From: Lama guanicoe
Taxonomy: Eukaryota
Direction of reading: 5' to 3'
DNA: 64,000 bases
NCBI GenBank assembly: GCA_013239625.1
Contig: MU053588.1
Location: 1,808,508-1,872,507, forward strand
The notes beneath the pieces were generated by a model, which was not told the DNA's origin, ran no database searches, and saw only the letters and a program-made list of their open reading frames with translations. Shown in pieces: positions 11,660-25,181 of this stretch (its first letter is position 1; each line of letters opens with the position of its first letter). The position numbers and the translations under genes are program-made.

Positions 11660-14200
11660 TTGTTTTAATTGAAGCATAGTTGATTTACAATGTTGTATTA
11701 GTTTCTGGTGGGTGGCATAGTGATTCCACGGGCACTTAGGTTGTTTCCATATTTTGACTATTGTAAATAATGCTGCAATGAACATAGGGGTGCATATTAT
11801 CTTTTAAAGGTAATATTGTCAAAGTCTTTGGGTAAATACCCAGAAGTCAGGTAGTTGGGGTCATGTGGTAGTTCCATTCTTAATTTTTCCATAGTGGGTG
11901 CACCAATATATACTCCCACCAATGGTGTATGAGGGTTCCCTTTTCTCCACATCCTCACCAACACTTGTTACTGTCTTTTTGATAGTAGCCATTCTGACAG
12001 ATACGAGGTGGTATTTCATTGTGAGAATTGCTTCTTGTGTCTGCCCCCTGGTGGTTGAGGCTGGTCTAGGGGCCTGTCTAGAGGCGCCTGTCCTGTGGTT
12101 GGTGGAGATGGGTCTTGGCTTGCTAGTGGGCTGGGCCGTGTCTAGGGGTGTCTAGAGGCGGCTCGGGGCCCTCCAGTCCCCAGGCAGCCCATAATTGCCT
12201 AGCCTGAGGCTTCCCAGCACCGGAGCCCACAGATCGCTGGGCGGGGCCAGGTCCTGGGGCCAAAGAGCCAACATGGGAGCCTCAGAGTGTCTTCCTCCAG
12301 TGTCCACGTGCCCAGGGCAAGCTGCAGCCCCCTCCCACCTTTCCAGGAGACTCTCCAAGATCAGCAGGTAGGTCTGGCCCAGGATCTCAAGCCACTGTGT
12401 TTGTCCTGGGTCCTGTGTACCTGAGACCCCGTGTGAGCCCTTTAAGAGTGAAATCTCTACCTCCCCAGTCCTGTGGGGCCTCCCTGCAATCAACCCCCAC
12501 TGGCCTTCAGAGCCAAATGCTCTGGAGGCCCATATTCTCAGTGCTGGACCCCCAGGCTGAGGAGCCAGACTGGGGACCCAGAACTCTCACTCCTGTCTGA
12601 GAACCTCTGTAATACAAGTTCTCCAGGTTGTGGGTATGGGCTTTGATTAATTGCAAGCCTGTCCCTCCCACTCATCCCACGTGGTTCCCTCCCTATGTCT
12701 TTAGTTGTGGAAGGTCCCCTCTGGTAGGCACCAGCTCCTTTTCATCGATGGCTGTTGTGCAGACAGCCGTGATCCTGGTTCACTCATGAGGAGGTGAGCC
12801 TAGGGACCCTCTGCTCCACCATCTTGGCCACTCTCCAATTATTTCTTTAAATACATTCTCCACCCCCTTCTCTCGTCTCCTTTTGGGATACCCACTACCA
12901 TAATGTTGCCCTTCCTAAAAGAGTCAGGTAGCTCTCGTAGAGTTTCTTCACTTAAAAACTAGTATTTCTCTTTCTTCTACTTGCATCACAGATTTCTACG
13001 AGCTCACTAATTCTCTTTTCCATACGGCCTGCTCTATTTCCAATGCTTTCTAATGCATTCTTCATCCCGTTTATTGAGTTCTTCAGCTCCAGCATTTCTG
13101 TTTAGCTCTTTTTCAGAGTTTCCATCTCTTTGGTAACGTATTTCTTCTCTTCATTTTATTCCTGAGCTCGCTGAACTACCTTTCTGAGTTTTCTCATAGC
13201 TCCTTTGAGTTTCTTCACAGAGCTATTTTGAAATCCCTATCAGTAAGTTATCAATATTCCTATATAAGTTTGGTTTCTGGAGAATTGTCTTATTTTTTTT
13301 CATGTTACAATGTTACCGTGGTTCTTCATGGTGCTCGAGGGGTGTTTCTTTGCTGATGCGTCTGAAGTAGGGGGCACCTTTCCGCTTGATTCTAATGATT
13401 TAACAGGTTAGAAATTGAAGCGTTTCTTCTGTTTTCCAGTAGGTGGTGCTATAGCACAGGTTTGGGTTTCTTAATTGCGCTGCCTCTGGTTATATTTCAG
13501 CCTGCATTTTCCACGCTGCACTGCTTTTGTCAGAGGTGTTGCTCCAAGCCCTCCCTATTGCTTCTTGTGCCTCGGGGGTCATTGGTGTTTTGCTTCTGCC
13601 AATGTTGCTGGTGTTGCCGCCTAGGGCACCGAGATGGTGGGCGCTTCCCTTACATCCGGGATCTCCCGGGTAGGAGACTCAGCCACTGAGGGGAGGGGGC
13701 GGGGGAGCCCGTGTTGCATGGGCGTCACTGCGGTGTCCAGTGTTGTAAGGTCTGCCGGCTCCACCGCTGCGGATGGGTGGCCAGGGGCCGGAGTTGTGAA
13801 TGCCTCTGCAGCTGGAGGGGCCGGATCCCAGGCGGCCACTGCTGCTGCTGCTGCCGCCGCCGCCCAGTGAACCGAGGTCGTGGGCACCGCTGCTGCTGGG
13901 AGGCCAGAGTCGTGCGTGCCACCATCCCTGCTGCTGCCGCCGCTGGTGGTGGTTCTCAGGGGCTGCGGGCTCAGCGGCCATGGCAGGAGGGCTGGGGTTG
14001 CTGGAACCACCTCCCTGTCCCTTCAGTTCCGTCTCCTCTACATGTCCCAGTACACCTGCCTCCAGATGTACAGATGTGTGGAATACTCTGGACGCCTGGT
14101 GTGTTGGGCAGAGGCACCTTTGTTGTGTTGTGGATGTTTTACTGGTTGTAGACTGAAGAAGAAAGAGGAGGAGAGATTTTCATCTGCCATGTTGCTGAGC
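11660..14200 (-). mobile_element. Composite LINE-1 remnants (3' end 11660-12025; GC-rich 5'UTR/ORF1-like 12026-14200)
   Basis: [22 protein letters not shown]2 tail. 12030-12835 resembles 60700-61310; both end gccatcttggccactc-like, typical of a reversed L1 5' end. Confidence 0.7.
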
Positions 14201-14296
14201 TCATGCCTCAGAAAGTTATTTTTCATAAAGTTATGTTAACATTTAATGGCTTTTTAAAATATTACAAAGTAAGTCAATACATATTTAAAAAAAACT

Positions 14297-14716
14297 GAGG
14301 AGACAGGGTATACCTCAGTGGTAGAGTGCATGCTAAGCATGCATGAGGTCCTGGGCTCAATACCCCGAACCGCCATTAAAATAAATAAATAAGTAAATAA
14401 ACAAACCTAATTACCTCCCCCCAAAACAAAAACAGAGCAAAAAAAAAAAATTAAAACTCACAAAACTCTCAGTCTTGGGGGAGGGTATAGTTCAGTGGTA
14501 GAGTGTATGCTTAGCATGCACAAGGTCCTGACCCCCCGGTACCTCTATAAAAAACCAAAAACTCTCAGTCTTAATTTCTTTTTTGGGGGGAAGGGTGGGG
14601 GAGGTAATTAGGTTTATTTATTTATTTTTATTTAATGGAGGTACTAGGGGATTGAACCCAGGACCTCATGCAAGCTAACCATGTGCTCTACCACCTGAGC
14701 TATACCCTCCCCACCC
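14297..14716. mobile_element. Cluster of three tRNA-derived SINEs (+, +, -)
   Basis: Heads at ~14297 (+), ~14477 (+) and ~14716 (-). Confidence 0.88.
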
Positions 14717-15435
14717 TAGTCTTAATTTCTAATCTAGTAAATACTGACAAACAATCCACACAAACAAGAGCTCTTCTAGGCTTTTCCCACCCAGGTGACA
14801 GACATGTGAGTGAACCATCCTCGGTATTGCAGCCCAACTGAGCTTCTGGCCAACATCAGGTGGAGCAGAACTGCTGCGCTGAGCAGGGTCAACTTGCAGA
14901 ATAGTGAGCCAGGATAAAATGGTTGTTGCTTAAAGCCATTAAATTTTAGGGTGGTTTGTTACACAGCAATAGATAACTGGAACATCAGTGTTTGGAGATG
15001 GAGACTTACTTCCCTCAGAATTCATAGAAAGGACAGGATTAGTTTGGAAGAACCATCAGATTATACAATAGATAATCTGATTGGCCTTTGCCCCTGATTC
15101 TTAGAAGCTAACCTGTAAATCTTTGGAATTTCCAGGGGGTGTCTTTGTTACTCATGGTGGGCCCGCTGGGCAACACTTAAAGAGTTTTAGAGAGTTTGAG
15201 CCTCATGATTTCAGTCTGACTTCAGGGCACAGTGGCGAGATTCCCTGGTTGGTTATGTTCTTCATGCTTTCATATATCGTACCGGTGGATGACGCATCCC
15301 TAAGGATGACAGCGATGTCGTATTTGGGTCCTCCCAGACCTAAGTCTGGGGAGTTGGTGTCAGAAACCCTGATACATGCTGACACGCAGCTTAAATTGTT
15401 CAAGGAAGAGAAAATGCTCATTAAAATCCTTTGAG

Positions 15436-15570
15436 GAGGGGGAGGGCAGAGACCAATGGTAGAGAGCATGCTTAGCATGCACAAGGTCCGGGGTTCAATC
15501 CCTAGTATCTCCATTAGATATAAACAAACAAACAAACCTAATTACCCTTCCCCCTAAAATTAAAAAAATG
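15436..15570 (+). mobile_element. tRNA-derived SINE
   Basis: Family consensus match. Confidence 0.85.
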
Positions 15571-15664
15571 CTTTAAGAAGTATTTACAATAGTCAGGACG
15601 TGGAAACAACCTAAATGTCCATTGACAGATTACGGGATAAAGATGTGGTGTATGTATATGTATA

Positions 15665-15704
15665 TGTGTGTGTGTGTGCGCGCACACACACACACACACA
15701 CACA
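15665..15704. repeat. (TG)7-CGCG-(CA)11 compound microsatellite
   Basis: Read directly; 15665-15696 is a perfect 32-bp palindrome. Confidence 0.95.
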
Positions 15705-15837
15705 AAATGTAATACTACCCAGCCATAAAAAGGAATAAAATGATGCCATCTGCTGCAACACGGATGGACCTTGAGATCATCATTCTTAGTGAAGTTAAGC
15801 CAAAAAGAGAAAGAAAAATACCATATGTTTTAATATT

Positions 15838-15965
15838 TTTATTTTGGAGGGAGGTAATTACATTTATTTATTTTAATTATTATTTTTTAAATGGAGGTAC
15901 TGGGGATTGAACCCAGGACCTCACGCATGCTAAGCATGTGCTCTACCACTGAGCTATACCCTCCC
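15838..15965 (-). mobile_element. tRNA-derived SINE nested in L1
   Basis: Flanked by a gaaaaataccatat duplication. Confidence 0.88.
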
Positions 15966-17847
15966 TGAAAAATACCATATCACTTATATGTGGAATCTAA
16001 AAAGACACAAATGAACTTATTTACAAAACAGAGACTCACAGACACAGAAAACAAACTTATGGTTACCAGCGGGGGAAGGAGGTGGGAAGGGATAAGTTGG
16101 GAGTTCAAGATTTGCAGATACTTAACTACTATATATAAAAATAGCTAAACAACAAGTTTCTTTTGTATAGTACAGGGAACTATATTCAATATCTTGCAGT
16201 AACCTATAATGAAAAAGAACATGAAAACAAACATACGTATGTATACGTATGACTGAAACATTATGCTGTACACCAGAAACTGACACACATGGTAAACTAA
16301 GATAAACTGCCTTTGTGATTGATGTAGTAATAGTAATATAAACAAAAATAGCCAGAAACACTCTGAAAATGAAGTATAATCAGAGGTTTGAGCATTACTA
16401 AACATAAAACTAGTTAGAGAATTTAAAATACAGTTTAGTAAATGATGAAGAGGCGTCTTTAAGCAAAGTTAGTGGGGAAAATATGGACTAGTTACTAAGT
16501 GGTACTGGGATAGCCAGGTAGCCATCTAAAAAGGAAATTTTGGATCCTTACCTCATACTGTACATCAGGATAAATTCCAAAAGGTTTAAAGATTCAAATA
16601 TGAACAATGAAACCACACACACACACACACCAAGAAAACCTGAGATTCAAAATCTTGAGGGTTTAAAAGAAACAAAAGCAAAAATCTCCATGCCAAAAGT
16701 CTTTCAGGAAAACCAAAAGCAAATGACAAACTGGGAAAAAAAAATCTGTAACTCACATTATAAGCTATTATCAAATCTCATCTCACTATTTCAGTAATAG
16801 TTACTAAAGTCAATAAAGAAAGGACAAAATTATTCAGGAGAGAAGTGGAAAAACGATGTGAACAGATAGTCTGTGGAAAAAGAAATATATATGATTCAAA
16901 TGAAAAGATAACTAACTTCACTCAGAATGAGAGGAAAGCAAATTAAAATTGATATACCATTTTTCAACTACATAGATTGGCAAACACCAGACATCTGATG
17001 ACATTGTGTTGGCCAGGGTGTAAGGAAGCGTCTGTGTTCATCAGTTGCTGGGGGTGGGGGTGTAAAATGGTGCAACATATATGGAAGGCAAATAAGCATT
17101 ATCTATAAACTTTCAAATGAGTGCATTTGGCTCAGAATTCTCACTTTTGGAAATTCATGCTACAGATGTTATACACAACGAAGAATCTAAGAAGCTGCTG
17201 GTTATAAAGTACAGCATTATTTTTATGAAAATGCTGTTATTATGCCATCAAATGTAAGATATACCTCAATTTCAGAGATGTCGATATATGAAAAGTATAC
17301 TTAGAATCACAGCAATACTGTATTTGTGCACATGCCCTATGATATGCATACTAGATTAAGACAGCAAACTTTTTGGCCAATATAAAATGGGAAGAAAACC
17401 TAAATAACCATCAATATATTCCTGGTTAAGTAAATTACACCATAACCACAGAATGAAATAAAATGCAGCTCTACAAAAGAATGAGGAAATGTCGTGGTTT
17501 GGAACAATCTTTAAGATAAGTTCTTACTGAAAATGCAATGCATAAATCACTAAATATAACTTGCCAACTTTTGTGAAAAAAATGAAAAACCCCATCCAGA
17601 TTTGTATTTGCTTGTGTATACAGGGACACTGGAAGGACAGACAAGGTATTGGGGTTACAGATGGGGACTGAGATAGGTAGTGGAGCGAGGGGGACAGGGA
17701 TGGAAGACTTTTCACTGTACATTTTATATTTTGGGAGCTTATAAATAGATTATTTACCCAAAAAAGTATTAAAAACTGAATGAAAGATAAAACTCGGAAA
17801 TTTCACATATTTTTGAACACATAATTTATCATGTAATATATACAGTA

Positions 17848-17853
17848 TTTATT
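17848..17853 (-). terminator. Probable EID2 polyadenylation signal AATAAA
   Basis: tttatt on + strand, ~500 nt past the stop codon, at the end of the unique 3'UTR before old L1 sequence. Confidence 0.65.
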
Positions 17854-18354
17854 TTGCTTGCCATTTGAAATGCCTCAGAAAACACAAAACAATCTTACAC
17901 TAAAAACTTCTGTTGAATCTGACGGGAAGAAAGCACATATTCTGACAATTTCACATTCTTCCCATGGCCTTCCAGTCCTAGTAACTCAGCTGGAACTCAT
18001 ATTTCTATCATTGCTATTTGAGGATTTCTTTCATCATCATTAGTTCCGTTACTGGCAATTTTTCTTTATCAAACCTCAATATTATAAAACTATTCTTCAC
18101 TTTAGTGAAGCAATTTTGAAAGACATTTCTACAATGCAGGGAAAAGAATCTGGATCAGTCACAAACTCTAAGGATGTTAAGGGAGTCCTTTTGACCCTTT
18201 CTTCTATTTCTTTTCTGATGCTTTTTCATGAGAAGCTTTCTTCTTCTTTTTTAAACTATATTGTTGTATACTTTGACTTTTAAAAGTCAAGTTGCAGGAT
18301 TGGTATGACTGTCTTGAATGCAGAGGTTCTTCTTGAAGTAGCTTCGTCACTAAA

Positions 18355-19014
18355 CTATTCTCTACTTATAAACTTATCACAACCAAGTTCTTCTATCAGA
18401 GGATTGATAACTTCAGATGCAGTCAGAGCTATAGTCAATGTTAAAACATCAAAATCCATCCTCCGAGGATTCCGCTGATACTCGGCATCAAACGCCGCTT
18501 CCCTGGCTCTGCAGGCTTCCACGAATCTCCTGCGGCGTTCTTCAAGCTCCTGTATTCTGCCCGGAGCAATCGGGTAGTTTTCCAGATAGTGGCGGAGGAA
18601 CTGCTGGTAATTAATTCCTAAAACTCGAAGCGGGTGACGGAGACGGAGATACGGCAACGCAGCCAGGCCTGGGCCGTTCCCCGGCCTGGACCGGGGTCTG
18701 CCCTCAGGCCCCTCTTCTTCCGCTGGGTCCTCCAACAATCGGGCGACCTCTGCCATCCGGGCGTCCCTGGCCGCGGCCACGGGACCCTCCCTGGGCGCCG
18801 CCATCGGACCTTCCCTGGCCGCCGCCATCGGACCTTCCCTCGGCACCGCCATCGGAACTTCCCTGGCCGCCGCCATCGGATCTTCCCTGGCCTCCACAGG
18901 CGGCGCCAGGGCTGGCTCCCGCCTCCCTCTGCCTACCTCCGCCTGCGGGATGTCACCGTTGTCATTCGCCGCGTCCGTCGACGGGACACTGCTGTCTGCG
19001 GGCAGCTTGGACAT
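18355..19014 (-). CDS. EID2: EP300-interacting inhibitor of differentiation 2, intronless, 219 aa
   Basis: [11 protein letters not shown]...[48 protein letters not shown]...[14 protein letters not shown] matches EID2. Syntenic next to SELENOV. Confidence 0.97.
   Translation of the reverse strand: MSKLPADSSVPSTDAANDNGDIPQAEVGRGRREPALAPPVEAREDPMAAAREVPMAVPREGPMAAAREGPMAAPREGPVAAARDARMAEVARLLEDPAEEEGPEGRPRSRPGNGPGLAALPYLRLRHPLRVLGINYQQFLRHYLENYPIAPGRIQELEERRRRFVEACRAREAAFDAEYQRNPRRMDFDVLTLTIALTASEVINPLIEELGCDKFISRE
18751..18892 (-). repeat. Coding 24-bp tandem repeat ([12 protein letters not shown], about 6 units) in EID2
   Basis: Repeated gccatcggaccttccctggccgcc units on the + strand. Confidence 0.9.
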
Positions 19015-19290
19015 CTCCCACCGCCGGGTCAGCTCCGCCGCTCCCAGAAAAATAGGAATAATGGGACCGCACGACTAAGGGTGAGCACGTAAATGCGCGT
19101 GCGTGAGCGTTATGCACACGGGTAAACGCTGTGTGCAAACCCACGTGCAAGAGCCTAGCGTCCGCGGCCGACCCTAAGAGCACACTGCGCACGCGTCATC
19201 CCGAAGCGCCCGCGATCCTCCAGGTGCCACCTAGCGGCCGGGAGAGCCAATACGTCTGAAATCGTCCCCTGTTACCCAGAACGTCGAAGG
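19015..19290 (-). promoter_or_regulatory. EID2 CpG-island promoter/5'UTR with E-box and CTCF-like motif
   Basis: High CpG density; CACGTG at 19142-19147; CCGCTAGGTGGCAC on - strand at 19224-19237. Confidence 0.75.
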
Positions 19291-21339
19291 GCAGAGCTGT
19301 ATTTTATGTCTCAACCAGTTTAAATGTTTATAAGGAAAGTCTCACAAGATCACTTCCTGTTGGCTTTCCTAAGATTACAGCCTAGGATATCTCTATTCTA
19401 TACCAAGATATTCTAGGCTCATGGGTTTCTTTAAGGGGGTGGGGTGACGTTCTTTATTGTTTTCCATTTATTCATTTGTTTATCTTCATACCAATCCTCT
19501 TAACTACTAAAGTTTTATAAAAATATTTCCTTGTTATTTTAAAAGTTGCTTTGGCTATTCTTAGACATCAATTTTTTAAATAAATCTTATTTGTTAAATC
19601 TTATCTGCAATATAATGTGCAGAAAAAAGTATACAAAATGTAAATATACAGTTGAATGACTTATCACAAAGTGATCCATGTAATCAGCATTCAGATCAAG
19701 AAATTTAATACTTCCAGTATCCCAAAATCCTTTTCCCCTTCTTATCACTATCCTCTCCTTTCTAGCCAGAGGTGACTGCTATCCTGATATTTATGGTAAT
19801 CATTTCCTTGCTTTTTTTTTTTAAACTACCTAAGGGTACAGTCCTGATACTGTAGTTAATTTTGCTTGTTTTTTGCGCTTTATGTACTCCTGTGTCTGGC
19901 TTCTTTTGCGCAACATTGTTTTTATGAGATTCATCCATATTTTTCACTGTGGTTATAAATAATTTTCTTGATAGTAACATATTCATCACCATTACTTTTA
20001 AGTATCCCATAATATTGTAACATGCATCTTAAATATTGACTCTCCAGTTACTTTCTCTTTATACTAATTAACGTGAGAAACCTCATATAAGGATTTCACT
20101 GGTGGCGACTACCACTGTGATGGCGTGATTAATGGATGTCAGCAAATTACTGCAGTGACTCAGTGTTCTCTGCCTTGTTGGGAATAGCTATTCTGAGGCA
20201 TTAGGTCTTATCCGCAGATCATGAGGCTGCATTTTTATTTCCCTTGTCCAAGCACCACATTTATAAAACGCAACATTCAGCCTACGTGCTGCTTCAAACG
20301 TGGCTTCCCACCAAGCATCTCTGCAATCACTGGATGTGTGGTTCCTTCAAAAGGCAGCTTCCGGGCTAGGCTGGAGGCTCAAGGTCCATTGCTCCCATCC
20401 TCAGGCTGCCTGGAAAATCACAAATATGGAACAAAAGAATTCCCAGACTTAGGTAATAAAGTATATTATTCAAGGAGAAACTATAAATTGTAGTAATTTG
20501 CTATAATCCTACAGAGACAGACAGAATCCTGCCTTCTGAGGCCAAAAATCACCTTCCAGGAGAGGCTGAAAGTCCCTCTTCTTACGCGGGAACAGGAATG
20601 GCTTTAAACAAAATTGTGGTGTATTAAACAGAAGGGCTCATGTGGGGAGATAAGAACAAACATCTGAAATAGATTCCAGGTTAGCTCTTGCTCCCGAGAC
20701 TGTTCCCATAGCGGCTGCAGCATCTTTGCCTCTGACTCACTGCCAGTATTTCAGGAGCATTTGAGGACAATTTCAGTCACGCTGCAGACTAAACAACTAA
20801 GGAAGCTGATATCAGGAGTTCCGTGATATATTTTTACAGGAAAAAAATAGAGAAGAGAATTTAAACCCATGGTCATCAATTCATATTTTTAAAGAGGAGT
20901 GAAGAGTTTATAAGGAAAGACACAGGATCTGCTTCTCCCAAAGGCTGCAAAGCCTGAAATAATTAACACTGGTGGGAAATTTGTCCTTACTGTGAACAAA
21001 GATTTCCTTGAAAGGATAAATACTCATGTTGACCTTGGACCTTGAATCAGTACATTTATGGCTGTGGGATGAAACCACAACTCAGAATCTGCACCTGGCT
21101 TAGGACAGTTGGGGAAATCATGATGTCATTCTTGCATCTTTATTGCCCCTGATTATTCTAGGCTTTACGTCTCGTGCTCACTAGATGACCTTGAGCTGAC
21201 TTATGAGTAAGCGGTAGTCCTTTCTCTGAGCTCTGACTAGTGGATTTTCCAGATTTGCTTATCTCTCCTGAGATATTAAATGCTGTGCTGAGGTCTAAAC
21301 ATGATGTTACAAGCCTTGTCTCTTTTCCCAAGATTGTAC

Positions 21340-22335
21340 TGTGCTAGATTAATTGTAAAAGTGGCCCACATTCTCCATCTTATTTCTGCACCCTTTGGAC
21401 TATGAGTTTGCAGCTCTTCTCATCAAAAGCTAGATTCTTTTTCTCCGTGCCTTGAATCTGAGCTGGCCTTGTGACTTACTTTGACCAATAGGATGTGGAA
21501 GAGATGATGAGGTGTCAGTTTTGAGACTGAGCCTCGAGGCATTTCATGCTTCCATTCCTGTCTCAACCAAGAGAACAACTCTGAACTAGCTTTCTGGATG
21601 GTGGAAGACAATAATGGAGCTGAGGAAAGTGGTCTCAAGATCAGTCAGTCCCCAGCCGACCTACCAGCTGACTTCTAGGCTCATTGGCTAAATAAATGCT
21701 TGTTATTTTATGCTACTGTGTTTGATGTGATTTGTCATGCAACATTGTTATAGCCATAGATAACTGCTCCAGAAGTTGGCATCAGGAGTTTTAGCCCTAA
21801 CAAAAGGCTAATATACATAGGGAAAACGGGAAATATTTTTATTTGAGCAGGAAAAATGGTGACTCTACGTTATGAGGTAGTGAAATAATTTGGTAACCTG
21901 TTGCCTGTGATTACCCAGAAGATGGAAAGTATTTCTAATGAACTGTGTTATTTGGCTAAGGAGATACCCAGGCATAATGCTGTTTACTCCCTCATGAGTA
22001 TGATAAGGTGTAGCAAGAGAGGGTTGACCTATAGAAGGAACTGGCTGATTTTCCAGAAGAATTTAGAGGAAATATAGAGAGACTGTGACTTGCTAGGTTG
22101 GGAAAGGAAAGCTTTTCTCACATCCAGTCTCTCCAGCCGCAAAATATGGTCAAAGTGAAAGACAGCCCGAATATAGATCAAATGAAAGGTGTGGCTTTAT
22201 GATCCTTTGTTAAGAGTTCAATAATGAGAGACAGTGCCTAGGAGAGCCTCCCAACTAGACAAAAGGGTTTCTAGGAAGCTTATGGGCACAGTCCTGCAGA
22301 AACCTGATCTTGAAATAGCAAGAGATCTAGGGAGA
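21340..22335 (+). mobile_element. MaLR (MLT1-like) LTR plus internal remnant
   Basis: ccttgaatctgagctggccttgtgacttactttgaccaatag...aataaatgcttg...atagataact, then MLT-int-like sequence. Confidence 0.7.
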
Positions 22336-22349
22336 AAGGTATATTTTAT

Positions 22350-24165
22350 TCCTCAGCTTTATTGAGGTGAAATTGATACCTCAGTTCTCAACGACATTGT
22401 AAGTTGTACAGTGTGATGGTTTGATACATGTATATATTTTGCAATCACAATAGGGTTCGTTAACAGTTCTGTCACTTCACATAATTACTTTTTTTTTTTA
22501 GTGGTGGAAACATTTAAGTTCTACTCTCTTAGCAACTTTCAAATATATAATACAGTATTGTTAATTATAATCATCATGATGAACATTAGATCCTCAAAAC
22601 TTACTAATCTTATAACTGTAAGTTTGTACCCTTTGTCTATATCTCCCCATGTTCCCCACCTCCCAGCCTCTAGCAACCACCAATCTACTGTCTGCTTCTG
22701 TGAGTTTGGCTTTTTAAGTTTCCACATATAAGTGATATCATATATATCCACATATAAGTGGTATCTGTCTTTCTCTATCTGGCTTATCGCATTTAATATA
22801 ATGCCCTCCAGGTCCATCCATGTTGTTGAAAATGGCAGAATTTCCTTCTTTCTCATGGTAGAACAATATTCTATTATGTATATTACATATATTATATATC
22901 TGTATATCACTGTATCTGTCTGTCTATCTATCACATCTTCTTTGTCCATTCATCCATAGACAGAAATGTAGGTTGTTTCCATATCTTGGCTATTTGTGAA
23001 TGATGCTGCAGTGAACACCAAAGAGCAGATATCTCTTTGAGATCCTGATTTCATGTCCTCTGGACATATACCCAGAAGTGAGATTGCTGAGTCATATGGT
23101 AGTTCTATTTTTATCCTTTCAGAAACTTCCACATTGTATTCCACTGTAGCTGTACCAATTTACATTCTCAGCAAGAGTGCACAAGGTTTCCCACTTCTCC
23201 ACATTCTTTCCAAGACTTGTCATCTCTTGTCTTCTTGATCATAGCCATTCTAACAGGTGTGAAGAGATAACTCATTGTGGTTTTGATTTATACTTTCCAG
23301 ATGATTAGTTTTGCTGAGTATCTTTTCATGTACTTGTTGGCCATGTGTATATCATGTTTGGCAAAATGTTTATTCAAGTCCTCTGTCAATTTTCAAGTCA
23401 GATTTGTTTGCCTTTTTCCCCTTACATATTTTATTTTATTTTATTTTATTTTACATTTTTTATTGATTCATAATCATTTTACAGTGTTGTGTCAAATTCC
23501 ATTGTTCAGCACAATTTTTCAGTCATTCATGGACATATACACACTCATTGTCACATTTTTTTCTCTGTGAGTTATCATAACATTTTGTGTATATTTCCCT
23601 GTGCTATACAGTGTAATCTTGTTTATCTATTCTACCCCTTACATATTTTAGATATTAGTGCCTTATCGGATAGATGGTTTGCAAATAGTTTCTTCCATTC
23701 CAGAGGTTGCCTTTTATTTGTTTATTGTTTCTTTTGCTGTGTGGGCGTTTTTTAGTTTGATGTAATCCCACTTATTCATTTCTTTTTGCTTTAGATGTCA
23801 TATCCAAAAAATTATTGCCAAGACAAATGTCAGCATGCTTTCCCCATATGTTTGCTTCCAGGAATTTTAGTGTTTCAGGTTTTCTGTTTAAGTCTCTAAT
23901 TCATTTTGAGTTCATTTTTGTGACTGCTGTTAAATAGGGGTCAATTTTCATTCTCTGCATGTGATTAATCAGTTTTCCCAGCACCATTTATTGAAGAGAC
24001 AATTCTTTCCCCATTAGGTATTCTTGGCTCCCTTGTCAAATACTAGTTGACCATACATGGGAGGTTTATTTCCGAGCTTTTGATTCTGTTCCTTTGGTCT
24101 ATGTGTCTGTTTTTATGACAGTACCACACTGTTTTGATTATTATAGCTTTGTAATATAGCCAGAA
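22350..24165 (-). mobile_element. LINE-1 3' portion (ORF2 end and 3'UTR)
   Basis: EILPFSTTWMDLEGIIL and IELPYDSAISLLGI on the - strand. Confidence 0.9.
23434..23634 (-). mobile_element. Young L1 3'-end insertion nested in an older L1
   Basis: TSD ccccttacatatttta at 23418-23433 and 23635-23650; same 3'UTR as the 55 kb L1. Confidence 0.92.
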
Positions 24166-24182
24166 ACTTTTGTTTCAACGAC

Positions 24183-24304
24183 TTTTTTTTTTTTTGAGGA
24201 GGAAGATAGGTTTATTTATTTTTTTAATGGAGGTACTGGGGATTGAACCCAGGACCTCATGCATGCTCACACGTGCTCTACCACTGAGTTATTACCCTCC
24301 CCCC
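24183..24304 (-). mobile_element. tRNA-derived SINE
   Basis: Family consensus match. Confidence 0.87.
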
Positions 24305-25181
24305 TGGTGAGGACCTATTTTTCAACATGCAAATGGATAAGTTAGTTCCTGTCAATAAGGTTAATCAGTTTACTAGCTTTAATTTATGATTCTTTACAGT
24401 ATCTGAGTTCACTTCAGAAGCAGCCAAGACAAAGATAGTCAAGATGTAGTCAAGACAAAGGCAGGTTTGTACTCATGAGAGATAGTTTCAGTCCATCCAG
24501 TTTCAACAAATTGAAGTTATAAGCATATGAAAATTTGATGCCGTTTCACTAAAGATATTTTCCTTCACCCCCACCCCTTGTCCCCAGGAATTAGAATGGT
24601 TTGGAATTAACTGTCAGTGGAGCTGGAAAGTTATTGGACAACTCTAGAATACAGGTTGAATCCTGCTTGTCATCTGCCTGTCTTCAGGATTAAAGTAGAC
24701 TCGGGTAGACTCAGGATGCTTTCAGGAGCACCCAGCATGATTTCTCCATGGTTTGGATCGCCAATGAGAAGTGCGTTTTGATTCTATTTGGGGAGAAAAG
24801 TCAAATCAATAGTAAGAGATAACTGAATTAAATTGCATAATTAAAAATTACTCCAGGGGGTTCTTACATGTTGTTGGTTACAAATCAGACAAATGTGGTC
24901 TTGAGCCTGAGTTCTGATGAGTAATCACCTTTGTAAATTCCAATAGATAGCTCTTGAAGCATGACTGAGATTCTATATTCTAAATCCACTGTTTCTCTAA
25001 CTGGCAAGAAATTCAAGGACAAATTCTTGCCTCTGTACATTTCCCCCTTTGCTCTCAATGTGTCTGGAGTTTTGGCTCATTAATTCCCCTTGTCCAGTTA
25101 ATGTTAGTTTAAACAGGATAAAACACTTTTCCAATATCCCACTGGATCAGAAAAAAGGAGAGGGATCAGTGTGGCTTCTGT

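Larger units (their letters stand above)
15580..17800 (+). mobile_element. L1 3' end (15580-16310, SINE nested) followed by older L1 remnants
   Basis: ggaaacaacctaaatgtccatt...ggatggaccttgagatcatc; degenerate ORF2 words (DPYLILYIRINSK). Confidence 0.75.

Noticed and set aside
13462..14239. Cluster of overlapping Ala/Gln/Cys-rich ORFs on both strands
   Set aside because: GC-rich low-complexity (GCT/GCC)n sequence within an L1 5'-region-like remnant; no recognisable protein and no EID2B similarity.
2248..18892. CRISPR-like or prokaryotic system suggested by short regular repeats
   Set aside because: The repeats are head-to-tail coding units without spacers, in clearly mammalian DNA.
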